A stretch of DNA of 64,000 bases, taken from NCBI GenBank assembly GCA_964016885.1, contig OZ024746.1, forward strand, positions 43,028,001-43,092,000. The letters are read 5' to 3'. The translations under genes and the position numbers were made by a program. This document shows, in pieces, positions 25,524 to 38,159 of this stretch; positions within the stretch are counted from its first letter, which is position 1; every line of letters begins with the position of its first letter. The stretch is from Eledone cirrhosa. Its lineage: Eukaryota. The notes under the pieces are model-generated. The model did not search any database. It saw only the letters and a program-made list of their open reading frames with translations, and was not told the origin of the DNA.

Positions 25524-28169
25524 TATATATATATATATATTCTTTATTTGCAGTTTTATATTTTATACTTAACGTAATTATTTCTCAAAGAAGAATTCTG
25601 TATGTTAGTAATAGATTTATATACTTCAACAACTATTTTTTTTATATTAGAAAATTTATTTATATTTGATTTTGCTCCTCCTTTTCTTCTTTTACATTTT
25701 CTTTCCATTTCCTTTCATCTCTATTTCCATACTTTCATTTTATCCAATGAAATATTTTGCTTTACGTTTGCTATATTAGACCAATTTCTCTTTCCTCATG
25801 AATTATTTCTTATTTTTATGTATTATAAGTGTGCGGTTGATTCTTTTTTCTACCAGGGTATTATTTTATATAGTTTTCAATCTTTTATTTTCAATATCTT
25901 TCCATCTGTAATCCAATTTTCCACACTTTATCTCAAAGCAGCTTATAGTTAACAGAGGAAGGTCTGTTTTTTTCTTTCCTACAGCAAGAAGTAATTCAAG
26001 CATACATTTTTAGTTATTACTTAACAATAAATATTCCCAGCCCTTTTTACACCCAGCAATGATAAGTTTATTTCTTATGGTTTACAGAATTTAATTGAAC
26101 AATATAAATGTATGACTGTCCAAGAAACCATAGTACTTTTTTCTAACATTCAAAATTACTATTATTTCTTTTAACAATTATTGGTTTGATCAGTGTAAAT
26201 GTACAATGTATAAACATATTTCTTTTATTTTCATCCGCTACAATCATTAGAATAAACAACCCTCCTTGAGAAAAAATTCTAACTATCTACTGACTCAAAC
26301 TTTATTTTTGCTCCACATAAATACATTAAATTTTAACATCCTGTACTTTGTAAGATTATATTAGTAAGATATTCTTCAAAAATACAAAATAAAACCAAGT
26401 TTACATTGGTCTTCAGATACATAACTCAAGGGACATAACTCAGGGACATAACTCAAATTGCTTCTTCTGTTTATGGTTCTTTATTTCCACTACCATGGAA
26501 CCACTTGATGTTGGTAGCAGATTTATTGTTATATTAAGAATTAGTACTACCTTAATGATAGTAAAATTCCTACACATAACATGATACTTAAAGAGATACA
26601 AACACTACACCTATAGAAATTCGAATGAGAACATCATATAAATGCTTAAATATTCCAACAACCTAAAGGCCATAGTTAGCAGCATTGGGACTGGAATACT
26701 TAAGACAGTTTCAGATTTATCATCAGACAAAAATTGCATAAATAGAGTATCTACACTCTATATATGTTGTGTTAGCTAGTTGTAACTTCAATTAAGTTAC
26801 CTTAATCTATCAGGTTGCTTAGTTATTCCTTGCTGTCACCCCTGTCAATACTGTGAGTGTGTTGGCTTGTCTAAAAGATTATTCTAAGGAAAAGCCAGCA
26901 CTCCTTGTTGTGGTATGTGATTTAGTATGTGTGTAGGGAGGGAGGGGGAGGGTTCTTCCCTTTATACTATTATTATTTTCCTTCATTTCTATTATAAACT
27001 TTTGATATAAATTATGTTCATATATGTAAGTAAGATATCAGTCACCAGACAGCAGAATAGGAAATGTAGTTTAGTCTATATGACAAACCAGAATCACCAG
27101 AAACATATCCAGGAATATCTAAACTTAATAAACATATTATTTCTAACCCGTTCACTGATCAAACAAAAGTCTCATGGATACTCGCTGTCTAAAGAAAAGG
27201 TATATCAAGCAAGCATAATAACTGTGATGGCATTGATAGAAATTATGTGTTAGCTATTGCAATAGTCATTATTTTAACATCTCCTCTCATACATATCAAG
27301 GAACTCTGTCATAATTGATCTAGATTAGGGATTCTCAAAGTGGGAAGCTACTCCAAGATATGCCACCCAGCAATGTGGAACATCGTTGATAAAGTAACTT
27401 ATACTTCAATAGGTTAGATAATGTCAAGCCTTTTCCTAACTGAAAAGTTTCAGATCTTAAAACAGTATGTGACAACTTTCAGTTGGAGAGGCGTTATTCT
27501 TGGAAAATTTGCAGCCCCACAAAGGTCACAATGAATAAAAAAAAAATCTCCCTCAGTTAATTCCTGCCAATTTTGTGGAGTAATTCCTCTTGAAAGCTAG
27601 TTGTTTCCTTGTATATCATAATACACAAGAAAAGAGACCCATCAATATGTGAAAAATACACTCTCATGACCAAACAAAAATAATGATGACTGACCAGAGA
27701 CACAACACTATCCCCTATCGTTTACATTTATACAAAATGTCTTCTGAAAAGTCACATGCCTTACGTACATGTAGGAAACATATAATGTTGGGAATCGCAG
27801 ACTGTTTTTCAATGAATATAAATTCTATCTTGTGAATATTTTTGGTTTAATTTAAGGGTATAACTTTTTATAATCATATAACAAATATAAAAGATTAACT
27901 AAAAGTACATACATATAATCAAATAATTATTTATAGGAACCTTATAATACATAAAAACATTCAATCAAATTGAGAAAAATAAAACAAAGGAAACATTAAT
28001 TCAACACTAACTGTATCAATTGGTCACACACCATAAAGTACCATGAGTGATAGCAAGGTTAATGTACTGAAAAAAACAAGGTGAGCCTCTAATGACGAGA
28101 ATAATTTTGTTGTCAGGGCCCAACTTGAATTCTTTTTTCTTTTGTTTGCATACTTACATACATATACAT

Positions 28170-28318
28170 ACATGGCAATGTGATTAATGTATTTGTTATG
28201 CAACCACATGTTTTGGGGTTCATTCCCACTGCAAAACAATTTAAGCAAGTGTCTTCTACTGTAGACTAAGGTTGACCAATTCTTTATGAGCCAAACTTGG
28301 TTGATGGAAACTGTGAAT
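28170..28318 (+). mobile_element. Old CORE-type tRNA SINE (second relic on minus strand at about 22940-23070)
   Basis: caaccacatg...ggttcattcccactgc...agcaagtgtcttctactgtag...gatggaaactg. Confidence 0.55.
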
Positions 28319-29148
28319 TAGGTTTCTGTTGGCTTACACTTATTAAAATTATGAAGATTAAGTTAAATTTCTATGTATTTATTTAGTATTTTGTTTACTG
28401 AGCAAAAATAAAATGTATTGCATACATGATTATATATTTAAAACACATCTAAATTCAATTAAAATGAATTTTGTCAATTTGAAATTGATAAAAATGTATG
28501 ATATTATAGATATTTATGAAATTGAATTGACTATGTACAGATGATAAACATTTTGAGCTAATATAAAAGAGTCTATGTGGTTGCTTGAACAGCTAGAAAT
28601 AGCAGCTATGTCACCTTGAAGCCATGTCCTACTGTCTTATAAAAGACATTGCATTCAATAATGCCATATTAGATGGACTACAACTGAAAATGACTGAGAA
28701 TAGCCATGGTTGGAATTTCATTGATCCTATTTGTACAGTTAGGGCTAACATGGGGTTTAATCAATGATAATATATTGATAAAACTAATCTATCTAAACAC
28801 ATGTTTATTTTACTTCAGTGCAATTATTACCATCTTAAAAAGCTCAATGATACCTCTGATAATATACCTAGATATACTATAACTCAGATAATTGTTTGGA
28901 ATGCATTTGATTATATCTGCTATATAGATCTCTGCATATATATTTATTTATGTTTAATAGCTTAGTATTTAATGTACAGAAAAGTTAATATAGCTGTCAA
29001 TTAGAATAGGCTTTGAGTGACTAGCACCCAGAGTAATCTAAATTTCAGTGCCTGTACAAACATTTTCACAAAGAGAAAAATATCTATGAATAAATTGCTT
29101 AGTACAACACACAAACTAAAGAAAATAGTCAAAACACATCATTATTAA

Positions 29149-29350
29149 CCCTTTAGCATTTATTGTACTTTCATTGTAAAGGCTTTACCTCACATAATTA
29201 TCTCACATAGTATCAAATCTATGAGAATTTGATATTATTTATTTTGAGAACAATATCTTAACATTACTATGCGCAGCCAGTTACAGCTGGTTTGAACAGA
29301 AAGAGGTGAGAGAATTCTGGTTGGATATGGCCGGTTCAAATGCTAAAGAT
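29149..29350. mobile_element. piggyBac-like MITE
   Basis: TTAA-ccctttagcattt ... aaatgctaaagat-TTAA (13-bp TIR, 2 mismatches; TTAA at 29145-29148 and 29351-29354). Confidence 0.65.
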
Positions 29351-30726
29351 TTAATATAACTCAGAGAGAGAAGGTATGAGAAAAAAATTGTATCCAAAAT
29401 GCTGACAATGATTTTATACATTTTCATGTTTTCTTTGCTTCTAAAGACATAATTTAAGTACCTTAAGAACCATTTTTTAAATTTCACTACAGTTAACCTA
29501 TTGTCCCACACAGTGTTAATCATTTAATAAAAAAATTTCATGATGGAAAATGTGTTTAATGAATATATTTTCCTCAGATTTTCCAAGTAATATTGGATGG
29601 TTTCTTAATTACATTGCCCCATCTGTTATTACAATTATTCAAAGATTTGAGCAGAAATTTGAAGTAAATAAATAAAAAGAAACAAAATATATAAAGAAAC
29701 TGAAGTTCAAATCATTTATATTATTAACAATCTCTTTCTTAAGATACTGATACAATTTTTATGTTAACTGTTTTCCAGATTTCTATTAAGAATAATTAAA
29801 AAGGTAATCTACAATTTGCAAAAAGTAGTCTTACTGGATATAATTGGATGATGCAATAATATTTATAGTAACCATATAAGTTAGATTGTTATAATTTTCT
29901 TATTTACAGATTATTTGCATAAATCTAGTGCTATTTGAATCAAGAAAAGAAATAGTGGAAATGCTTGTTTAATAATGGTTGTGAGTAAATTAATTTCTTT
30001 GAAAAATAGTAGAGGCTTTCATTCAAGCTTTCTCTGGATTTATTGCATGATAAAAGCAAACATCTATTTTACACAATAGCACAACAAAAGAAACTTTGGA
30101 ACTAAATAATTAAATAAGACAACTAATATTGTGGTAAGAATATAATAATGTTCCACAAAATGTACTTAACTGTAAAGAGATGATTTTAGAAATATTTCGA
30201 TTTGATTAAATTGAAATTCATACAAGAATAATCAATTATGGGTTTTACTTTTAGCTTTATAAGTGTTATTTTATTTGATTAATGAATTTATTTACTTCTG
30301 ATTCAATAAAATTACTGTGTATATCAATGTGTAGAACTTGAGATTTTATACAATGTGAGTTTTATTCATTTCAAGTATACTGAGGGGAAATGCAATTTTG
30401 TTGTGAAATATATTTATAAACACTTCTGCTTTATTAAATCTCAGTTTAACAATCATATTTTCGAAAATGATTTTAAGCAAGAAAATTACAAGATATGAAA
30501 TATATTGTTTGCCTTATATGTTATGCTAAATTAAATTTTGTTTGAAAATTTCATTCATGAAATACTAATACAATATATTTTTACTAAGCAACTGTACGAT
30601 AGTAATTGGTCATTATGTATAGGCTCACTTTGTTGACTGCTTATCAACACCAAATGCGTTTCTGTTGTAATAAGTGAATAATCATATTTTTGGTCTCTCT
30701 GTTTATCTGATTTTACTTTCTCTCTC

Positions 30727-30783
<57 letters not shown>

Positions 30784-30784
<1 letters not shown>

Positions 30785-31118
30785 GAGGCACATGCACATG
30801 GGTTAATGGTTAGAGCCTTGCAATCGAAATGTTGTTAGTTCAATTCTCAGACTGAGTGATGTGTTGTTTACTTGAGCAAGACACTTTATTTCACATTGCT
30901 CCAGTTTACTCAGCTGTAGAAATGAGATGATAGGACTGGCGTCCATATCATTCCACTGCAAAGTGGTCATGGAGGTGCCACGGCAAAAAAGCACCCAGCA
31001 CCCACTGTAAATGAGGTTGGTGTTAGGAAGGGCATCCAGCTGTAGAAATCAAGCCAGAATCAGTTCCCGTCCCACCCTTGCAAGTAGGGAAAAGCGGACG
31101 TAAAATGAGGGTGATGAT
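30784..31118 (+). mobile_element. SINE-B with RTE-a tail
   Basis: Colinear with 11781-12125. Confidence 0.92.
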
Positions 31119-31199
31119 ATATATATATATTATATATTTCTGTTGTAATAAGGGAATAATCATATTTTTGGTCTCTGTTTATCTGACTTTACTATATAT

Positions 31200-32442
31200 C
31201 ATCATCATCATCATTATCATCAGGTTTAGCGTCCGTGTTCCACGCTTACATGGGTTTGGACGGGGCTTTTCCCACTTGAGGCAAGAGTGGTTGTCTTGCT
31301 CGCATAGGACTGTCTGGCGGGTTTTCTACAGTTGGATGCCCTTCCTAACACCAACCACATTTACAGTGTGGGGCTGGGAGGTTTTTACCGTGTTGCCTAC
31401 ACGGCCACATTACAGCGTGGACTGTCTGGCGGGTTTTCTACAGCTGGATGCCCTTCCTAACACCAACCACATTTACAGTGTGGGGCTGGGAGGTTTTTAC
31501 CGTGTTGCCTACACGGCCACATTTACAGCGTGGACTGTGTGTTTTTTGTCGTGACACCTACACGATCTCATTTGTTTCGGCCTGGATGTTGTGGGACCAA
31601 CATAACTTTACATTGAAAGGGGCGGTGTGGAGGTGGTGGGACGGGGGTGTGTTTTGATAGAGGTGCCTACTGACTGTAGTAGGTTTTTACTTTGTATTTA
31701 GGTAAGGCGGGTCTTCTCTATTACTGAGTACCGCCAAAGGTCTCGGTCCAGTGACATTGTCTTGGAGAGGTGTAAGCGTGTGAGGTCGGAATTTATCAGC
31801 TCGTCCCATGTTTTTCTGGGTCTGCCTACTCCGTGGCTACCGTCTATCTTTATTGCCCTGCACTTTGTTATACAGCTGTCGTCTTTCATGCGCATCACGT
31901 GACCGTACCAACGTAGCCTTCTCTCGAGTAAACAACATCTGATCCCTCTTATTTCTAATTTTTTCCTTAGTTCGTTTATGCTTTGCCGTTCACGTATATT
32001 ACTATTGCACATCCAGCGGAGCATGCAAGCTTCGTTCCTCTCTAGTCTGCGTATATCCTCTGCACACAATGCCCAGGTCTCACTGCCATGCAGCATTGCT
32101 GTTCGTATGCAGGCATCGTATAACCTGCCTTTCATTTTTAGGGAGAACCCTCTAGCGGCTAATAGTGGTATAAGCTCTCTGAACTTTTTCCATCCAGTTC
32201 TGACTCTAGCTACTGTACTTTCAGAGCACCCTCCCCCACTGCTGATTTTGTCACCCAGATAACGGAAGCTGTCCACTATTTCTATAGAACCCTCTGCGCA
32301 GTTGAAGGAGCTAGTATTTTGTGGGCACTTGCTGCTACTTATTGCACCAGAGCACCGGCCACATGTAAAATCTATGTTCTTAGTTAGCTTACCTGTGATC
32401 CCACTACATCTTTTATGCACCCATACTTTGCATTTGGGACAT
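31200..32442 (-). mobile_element. RTE-clade LINE (family RTE-b), 3' part, with about 480-bp 3' UTR and (TGA)n tail
   Basis: Uninterrupted frame 32442-31698 (CPKCKVWVHKRC...FRYLGD...RRLRWYGHVMRM...GRPRKTW...KTRLT*), homologous to the 9809 ORF. The N-terminal IYIY of the ORF track is (TA)n. Confidence 0.93.
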
Positions 32443-32502
<60 letters not shown>

Positions 32503-32511
32503 ATATATAAC

Positions 32512-33183
32512 ATCACCATGGGTTGGCTTCACGAACAAAGATAATAATGAAGGGGTAGTTCACATTAACTGTAGAAATGCTTGTGGCTGCAGAGTTTAAT
32601 GACTTGGTATTGTGGTTCTTCCTCCTGTACCTTTTGTCATTGAGGATGGCTCTGTGAGTGTTTTCGATGCTGAGATGCCAGGTGTCACGGTTCTCAGTTA
32701 GAGTGGACCACCAGTGATGGTCAATGTGACAGACACCAAGGGATTTTTTTCAAACAGTCCTTGTATCACTCCCTTAGTGTCCACTGTCACAATGGCCAGT
32801 GGAAAGTTCACCATACAGAGTGATCCTGAGCAGGCAATGATCCTTCATCCTGGAGACGTGCCCTGCCCAGTGTAGTTGGGACTTCAACAGCATGGCCTCG
32901 ACGCAGGTGACCTCTGCCCATTCAAGGACTTCAGCATTGGTGACAAAGTGGATGCTGATTGATGATGGTGTGGAAGCAGCAATGATGAAAGCGCTCAAGG
33001 AGTCGAAGATGGTGGCAATAAGTGACCCATGACTGAGCCATATAAGATGGTGGTAAGGACTATGGCTCTGTACACTCTGATCTTGGTACCCTTCCTCAGG
33101 TGTTTATTGTTCCACATGCATTTGTACAGTCTGTCAAATACACTCCTTGCCTTTGCCAGTCTGTTGCTGATTTCCCTCTTGAT
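32512..33183 (-). mobile_element. RTE-BovB-type LINE 3' fragment, frameshifted
   Basis: REISNRLAKARSVFDRL, TKIRVYRAIVLTTILYGS, MLLKSQLHWAGHVSRM...LYGELSTG; tail atctttgttcgtgaagccaacccatggtgatg. Confidence 0.88.
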
Positions 33184-35104
33184 AGGCATATGTGTATGTG
33201 TGTGTCATTTAAGGATGAGAATTTTTTTCATTTATATAAATATGAATGTAACCAGCAGAAAATGAGAAATACATTTTCAATTACATAGATGTATGTTCAT
33301 TAAATAATAATTATTAAAAATGGTCTTGTGGAAGATATAATATTATGTGAGATGTTTAAAATTTCCAACATACCATTAATGTAAAGAACAATCAAATTTG
33401 ATAGAGGTGGATTTGAAAAATGCCCTGTTAATGACTTGCTCTAGAGTGGGTTGACAGGAAACAGAAAATATGAATGGAACCTACAGATAGGTGATTTAGT
33501 TAAGAAATATTCTCGCTATATATAGTTGCACAAGAGCCACATCGTTGCTTTTATGAGATTTTGAATTGTGAGAGATCACATGTGTGTGAGGTAGCAGAGA
33601 AAATCTTCAACATATCTGGTTCTATGGAAACCATGCTGATGTCATTGAAGACAATATGGGATTTAAAATGATGAAAGAAATTGTTTAACTGTTTCCTCAC
33701 ATTTGAAATGCTGAAAGTGTGTGTGACAGAATAGTAATTAACAGATTAGAAAGATTGTTCTCATCAGAAACGAATTATATTAAGGAAACACAAATATTTA
33801 ACTAGTTTGAATCCAAAATAGAAGATATATCAAATATATAAATTATATAAATAGTTTCAGCTCTCTATAATTTGCTTATTTTGCTTTAAAATTTCATTAA
33901 TAATCATAAGAGAGAGAAAGAGATAGAGAGAGATAGAGAGAGCCCATAGTTCTAAATATGTCTTATACAGAAACATTTTATATAATCTTTACCCAGGTTA
34001 CTTTTAAATGTGTTCTAGTTGGAAGCACCATGATTCTTTTTTTTTTTTTTTTGGCATGTGTATGTCTGAATGAAAATATTTGCTCTTTTAGTTGTTGACT
34101 TTGGATACAGATTTACGTGTGTATTTGAAGGAATTTAATACAAAATTTGTTATCTAAAAATGCTTCAACAGCTGTCAGTATCTTTTGAAATTGCCTATGA
34201 AATTATTTATGAGAAGTTCTAAAAATTATTAATCGAGAAAATGTCCTAGATATGTTTCAATTTATATTTTCCAACTATTTTCCTATATCTCGAATATACA
34301 GCAGCAATTGTGTCTATTTGGAAACAAAATAAGTTGTTTCCCAAAAGAAATATATTTTGTTCAAATGATTCATATTCTGAAACAATATCATAATGCTATA
34401 GTCAATTTCTTTTGTAAAACTTGATATTTTCAATAATGGTATTTGAAAAATTGAATAGATTCTTAATATTTAGTATGATCATTTGAAACTAAAATGACTA
34501 TATGTATTGGAGAACATAAATGAACTTAGTAACAATAGTTTCAAAGAATAATATCTAGGTATTTTATACATCAATTGTGATTTTACAACTTCCAAGTGAA
34601 ACCTTTAACAAAGGACAATGACATAATGTAAATAGTTCTTACTATTGAGACTGTATAAAAGACATTTATAAAGCATCAGCGGTCATTTCTGTATAACAAT
34701 GAGGAAACGAATTTCATACAGAAATGTCTGCTTTGTTTTATAAAAGATTTTTCTCTGCAAAGAAAAGAATTTTCTCTTTCATAAAATTTGATTTATATCT
34801 ATGATCTGCTGTTGGGGAACAGTAAACAGAAACAAGAATAATGATCCATTAACATCATACCCAACAGTTTTCAACATTCATTTTATTTCATAAAATATAG
34901 ATTAATATATTCATTAATGCCTTTCACAGATTAACTTGTATTGTTGGTATATTTCATATAATACATTTAAGGTTCAAGCATTATTTATAATAATGAAATA
35001 AATTAAACATTTTGAGCCAAGAACTTCATGTTATAAGTGTCTGGCTATAGCTTTGGTTTATTTTATAAAAGAAAGGTGACAGGAGTGAAATGGCAAGAGT
35101 GATT

Positions 35105-35336
<232 letters not shown>

Positions 35337-36955
35337 TTGCTGAAAACATCTCAATCAATGCCATTTATAAAAACCAACAGTGATAGTTGTTGATGTCTAC
35401 CATAACCAATACAATCTGTTGTAGAGTAGTTTGATGAATGCCAGTGCTATATATATACCACATTTAAAATAATATATAGCCTAGTAGAAAACCTACAACC
35501 ATAGACAAATTGATATAAAAATGGTGGTTGGTAATAGGAAAGGCATTCACCTATAGAAACCTTGCCAAACAAAAGGTCAGAAGGACCTTTCAGCTCTGTC
35601 AAAGTCATGACAACCCCACCTAATGATGCTGCCATGGTAAATGCACTTATTATAGTGCAGGATCATATTCATTCTGGTTATATATCAACCTTTTGTGTAT
35701 CAATAAAACTATATATGCATTTATCATATATTTATTACATTATCATGTCTATCTCAGCTTTTAGAATAAGTACCCCATATACCTGAATGTTGTATGAAGT
35801 GACTAAAAGGCTTGTCATCTGCAAGGTTATTCAGCTGTAAAACATTGCCTCAAATAGTCCAGGCCATCACAGGAATGGTAAATTGGATATGATCATGATG
35901 ATGATGATGTCACCATTGTTGCTACTACTGCTGCTGAAATATACAGTCTTGCCATTCTGATAACAAATTACAGTATGATTCCTTGAGTTTTATTTCACAG
36001 CAAAACTATATATCTTTTAACCATGTAATCTATATATTGATGAGCTATTTCTTCTCCTCACCACTAAAGGTCTGTAAAGATTGTTGGTTATATCTCCCAA
36101 GTTCCATTCCACAACAAAACTATATATATTTTAAACATATATGCTTTGATATTCTGATTTTAAAAACATTCAGGTTATGTTAATGTATTAGTAATTTATT
36201 TTTTTATTGTGCTGACACAATAAGAATCTCTATCCCCAGTGATCTGAAAATTTTAGTATAAACACATCTACATCAAGGAGATCTAGCTTTACTTTTTATG
36301 AGTGATAAAAATATATCGAATGTAAATGAGGACATTGCAGAACTAGAATATAGAAAGAAAAGAGAGTATACACCACTAGCTGAAACTGATACAGACACCT
36401 TCTCATAAATCTCAGCTAATACAGTTTTATATTTTCTTTTTTTTTAATATATATCCCATGTACCTGAAGCCACACAGCATATAATGTTCACTCATGAATC
36501 CATTCTTTTCAAATCTATCAGATGCTGCTCAAAAGGAAAGTGATTAAAACTGAATAAAAAATGGCTATCTTACCAGCATTTTCTAAGTTGAAATTTATTG
36601 CTAAATAGTCTAATCAGTGACTATTATCTGTAAAGTCATTTTATCCTTAAATCATTATTGTATTCAATTTACTAAAGGTTAATCAAGAACATTTACATAT
36701 TTTATCATATTTTCTTTAATTGGTATTTATTTTTAGTCAAAGTCAAATTCATCCTTATCTCATTTTTTTAGTTACTTTAGAGGATTTTATTGCAAAATAA
36801 ATCAATTATATGATAAGAATATTAACCATTAAACATTAATTTATGATATATGATAGTAATTTTTTTGTATAGACACGCACGGAATATATGTACAAGTTCA
36901 TATATATCTTCCTTATTTTACATCCACATATGTATCCACACACACACACACAGAG

Positions 36956-36998
<43 letters not shown>

Positions 36999-38094
36999 CA
37001 TGTATATGTGTGTGTGTGTGAGTGTGTGCGTATTTCATCAGATAGAATATGCCTGCATGTCAATTGTGTGCACATGCAAACTTACTCACTGTGTTTAACT
37101 ATGCATTTTTACATTGGATGACCAGAGATGTCTTTACATTTGTATGTTTATATAGTTAATAAACAGTGAATTCTTCAATAGTTCATTGCTGATTATTTAG
37201 AATTCTTATGCACAATGTGACATGACAGGAATGCAAATTTTTCTGTCCATATAAAATATACAATAAAGTTGAGGTCTCCATTTATTTAGAAATCTATTTT
37301 AATGTTATTTTTCAACCTATAGATTTCGTGAATTCTTTCAAATTTTTGCAAACCAAAGTTACAATAAACCCATATCAAGTAATAATCAATATTGCATAAT
37401 AATACCATATAAAAATAAAGTAACGACATACTATTTAGTATAATACGATTACATTGAAGCCATACCAGATGTCTATACATTTTGCAGATTTCCATCTATA
37501 GTAGAAAAGTGTGTTCATTTTGATAGCGTTCCTGGAGAAGTAGTATTCCTAACCCTGACCATATAAGCCTGAATATATCTGCTTCCTGTGGACACAGATA
37601 ATGCTGTTATGGATACTGCTAATTATAATTAGATAATGCTGAAAAAATGTTGGGGGTGTGGGGTGTCTGTCAATAAACAACATTGATAAATTACATCTAT
37701 GAATAGGAGTTAGGTACTAATGATAATTTGAACAGTTTTCACTATTTGTCATCTGTCTTTTTACTGTACTATATTGCAATTCAATAAATTATCATCTTCT
37801 CAAATATGTACTGTAAGCTGTTTATGAGTATGTGAGAGGAAAGAAGTAAGCTGGCAATGGTTTGTTAGCAGTATGATGTTGCACTTCATGTACCAATGGC
37901 AGAGCATATAGTTTAATCCAAAGGCAAAGGAAGTACAATGTACCCAAACAATTTATTGGTTATTTCTGTCATATGTCTGCTTAATTGTGGGGAATAGGTT
38001 GAACTTAATTCTGAGTCTGTTATCTATATAGCCAGAATAGCATCAGGAGAATATGGACACTCCTTCAAAACCAAAATAATAGCATTACTTTTAG

Positions 38095-38159
38095 GTTTAT
38101 CTCAAACAGATCAAGTGGAATTATCTGCAAAAATATCAGCCCCTCTTACAAATGACTTT
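38095..38159 (+). other. Candidate orphan exon (65 nt)
   Basis: ttacttttAG|GT...TTT|GTAAGT; one frame reads (G)LSQTDQVELSAKISAPLTNDF. No confirmed partner exon. Confidence 0.25.

Noticed and set aside
26419-26456. Three copies of acataactca(a)ggg; also a 17-bp duplication at about 42991-43024
   Set aside because: Ordinary slippage duplications.
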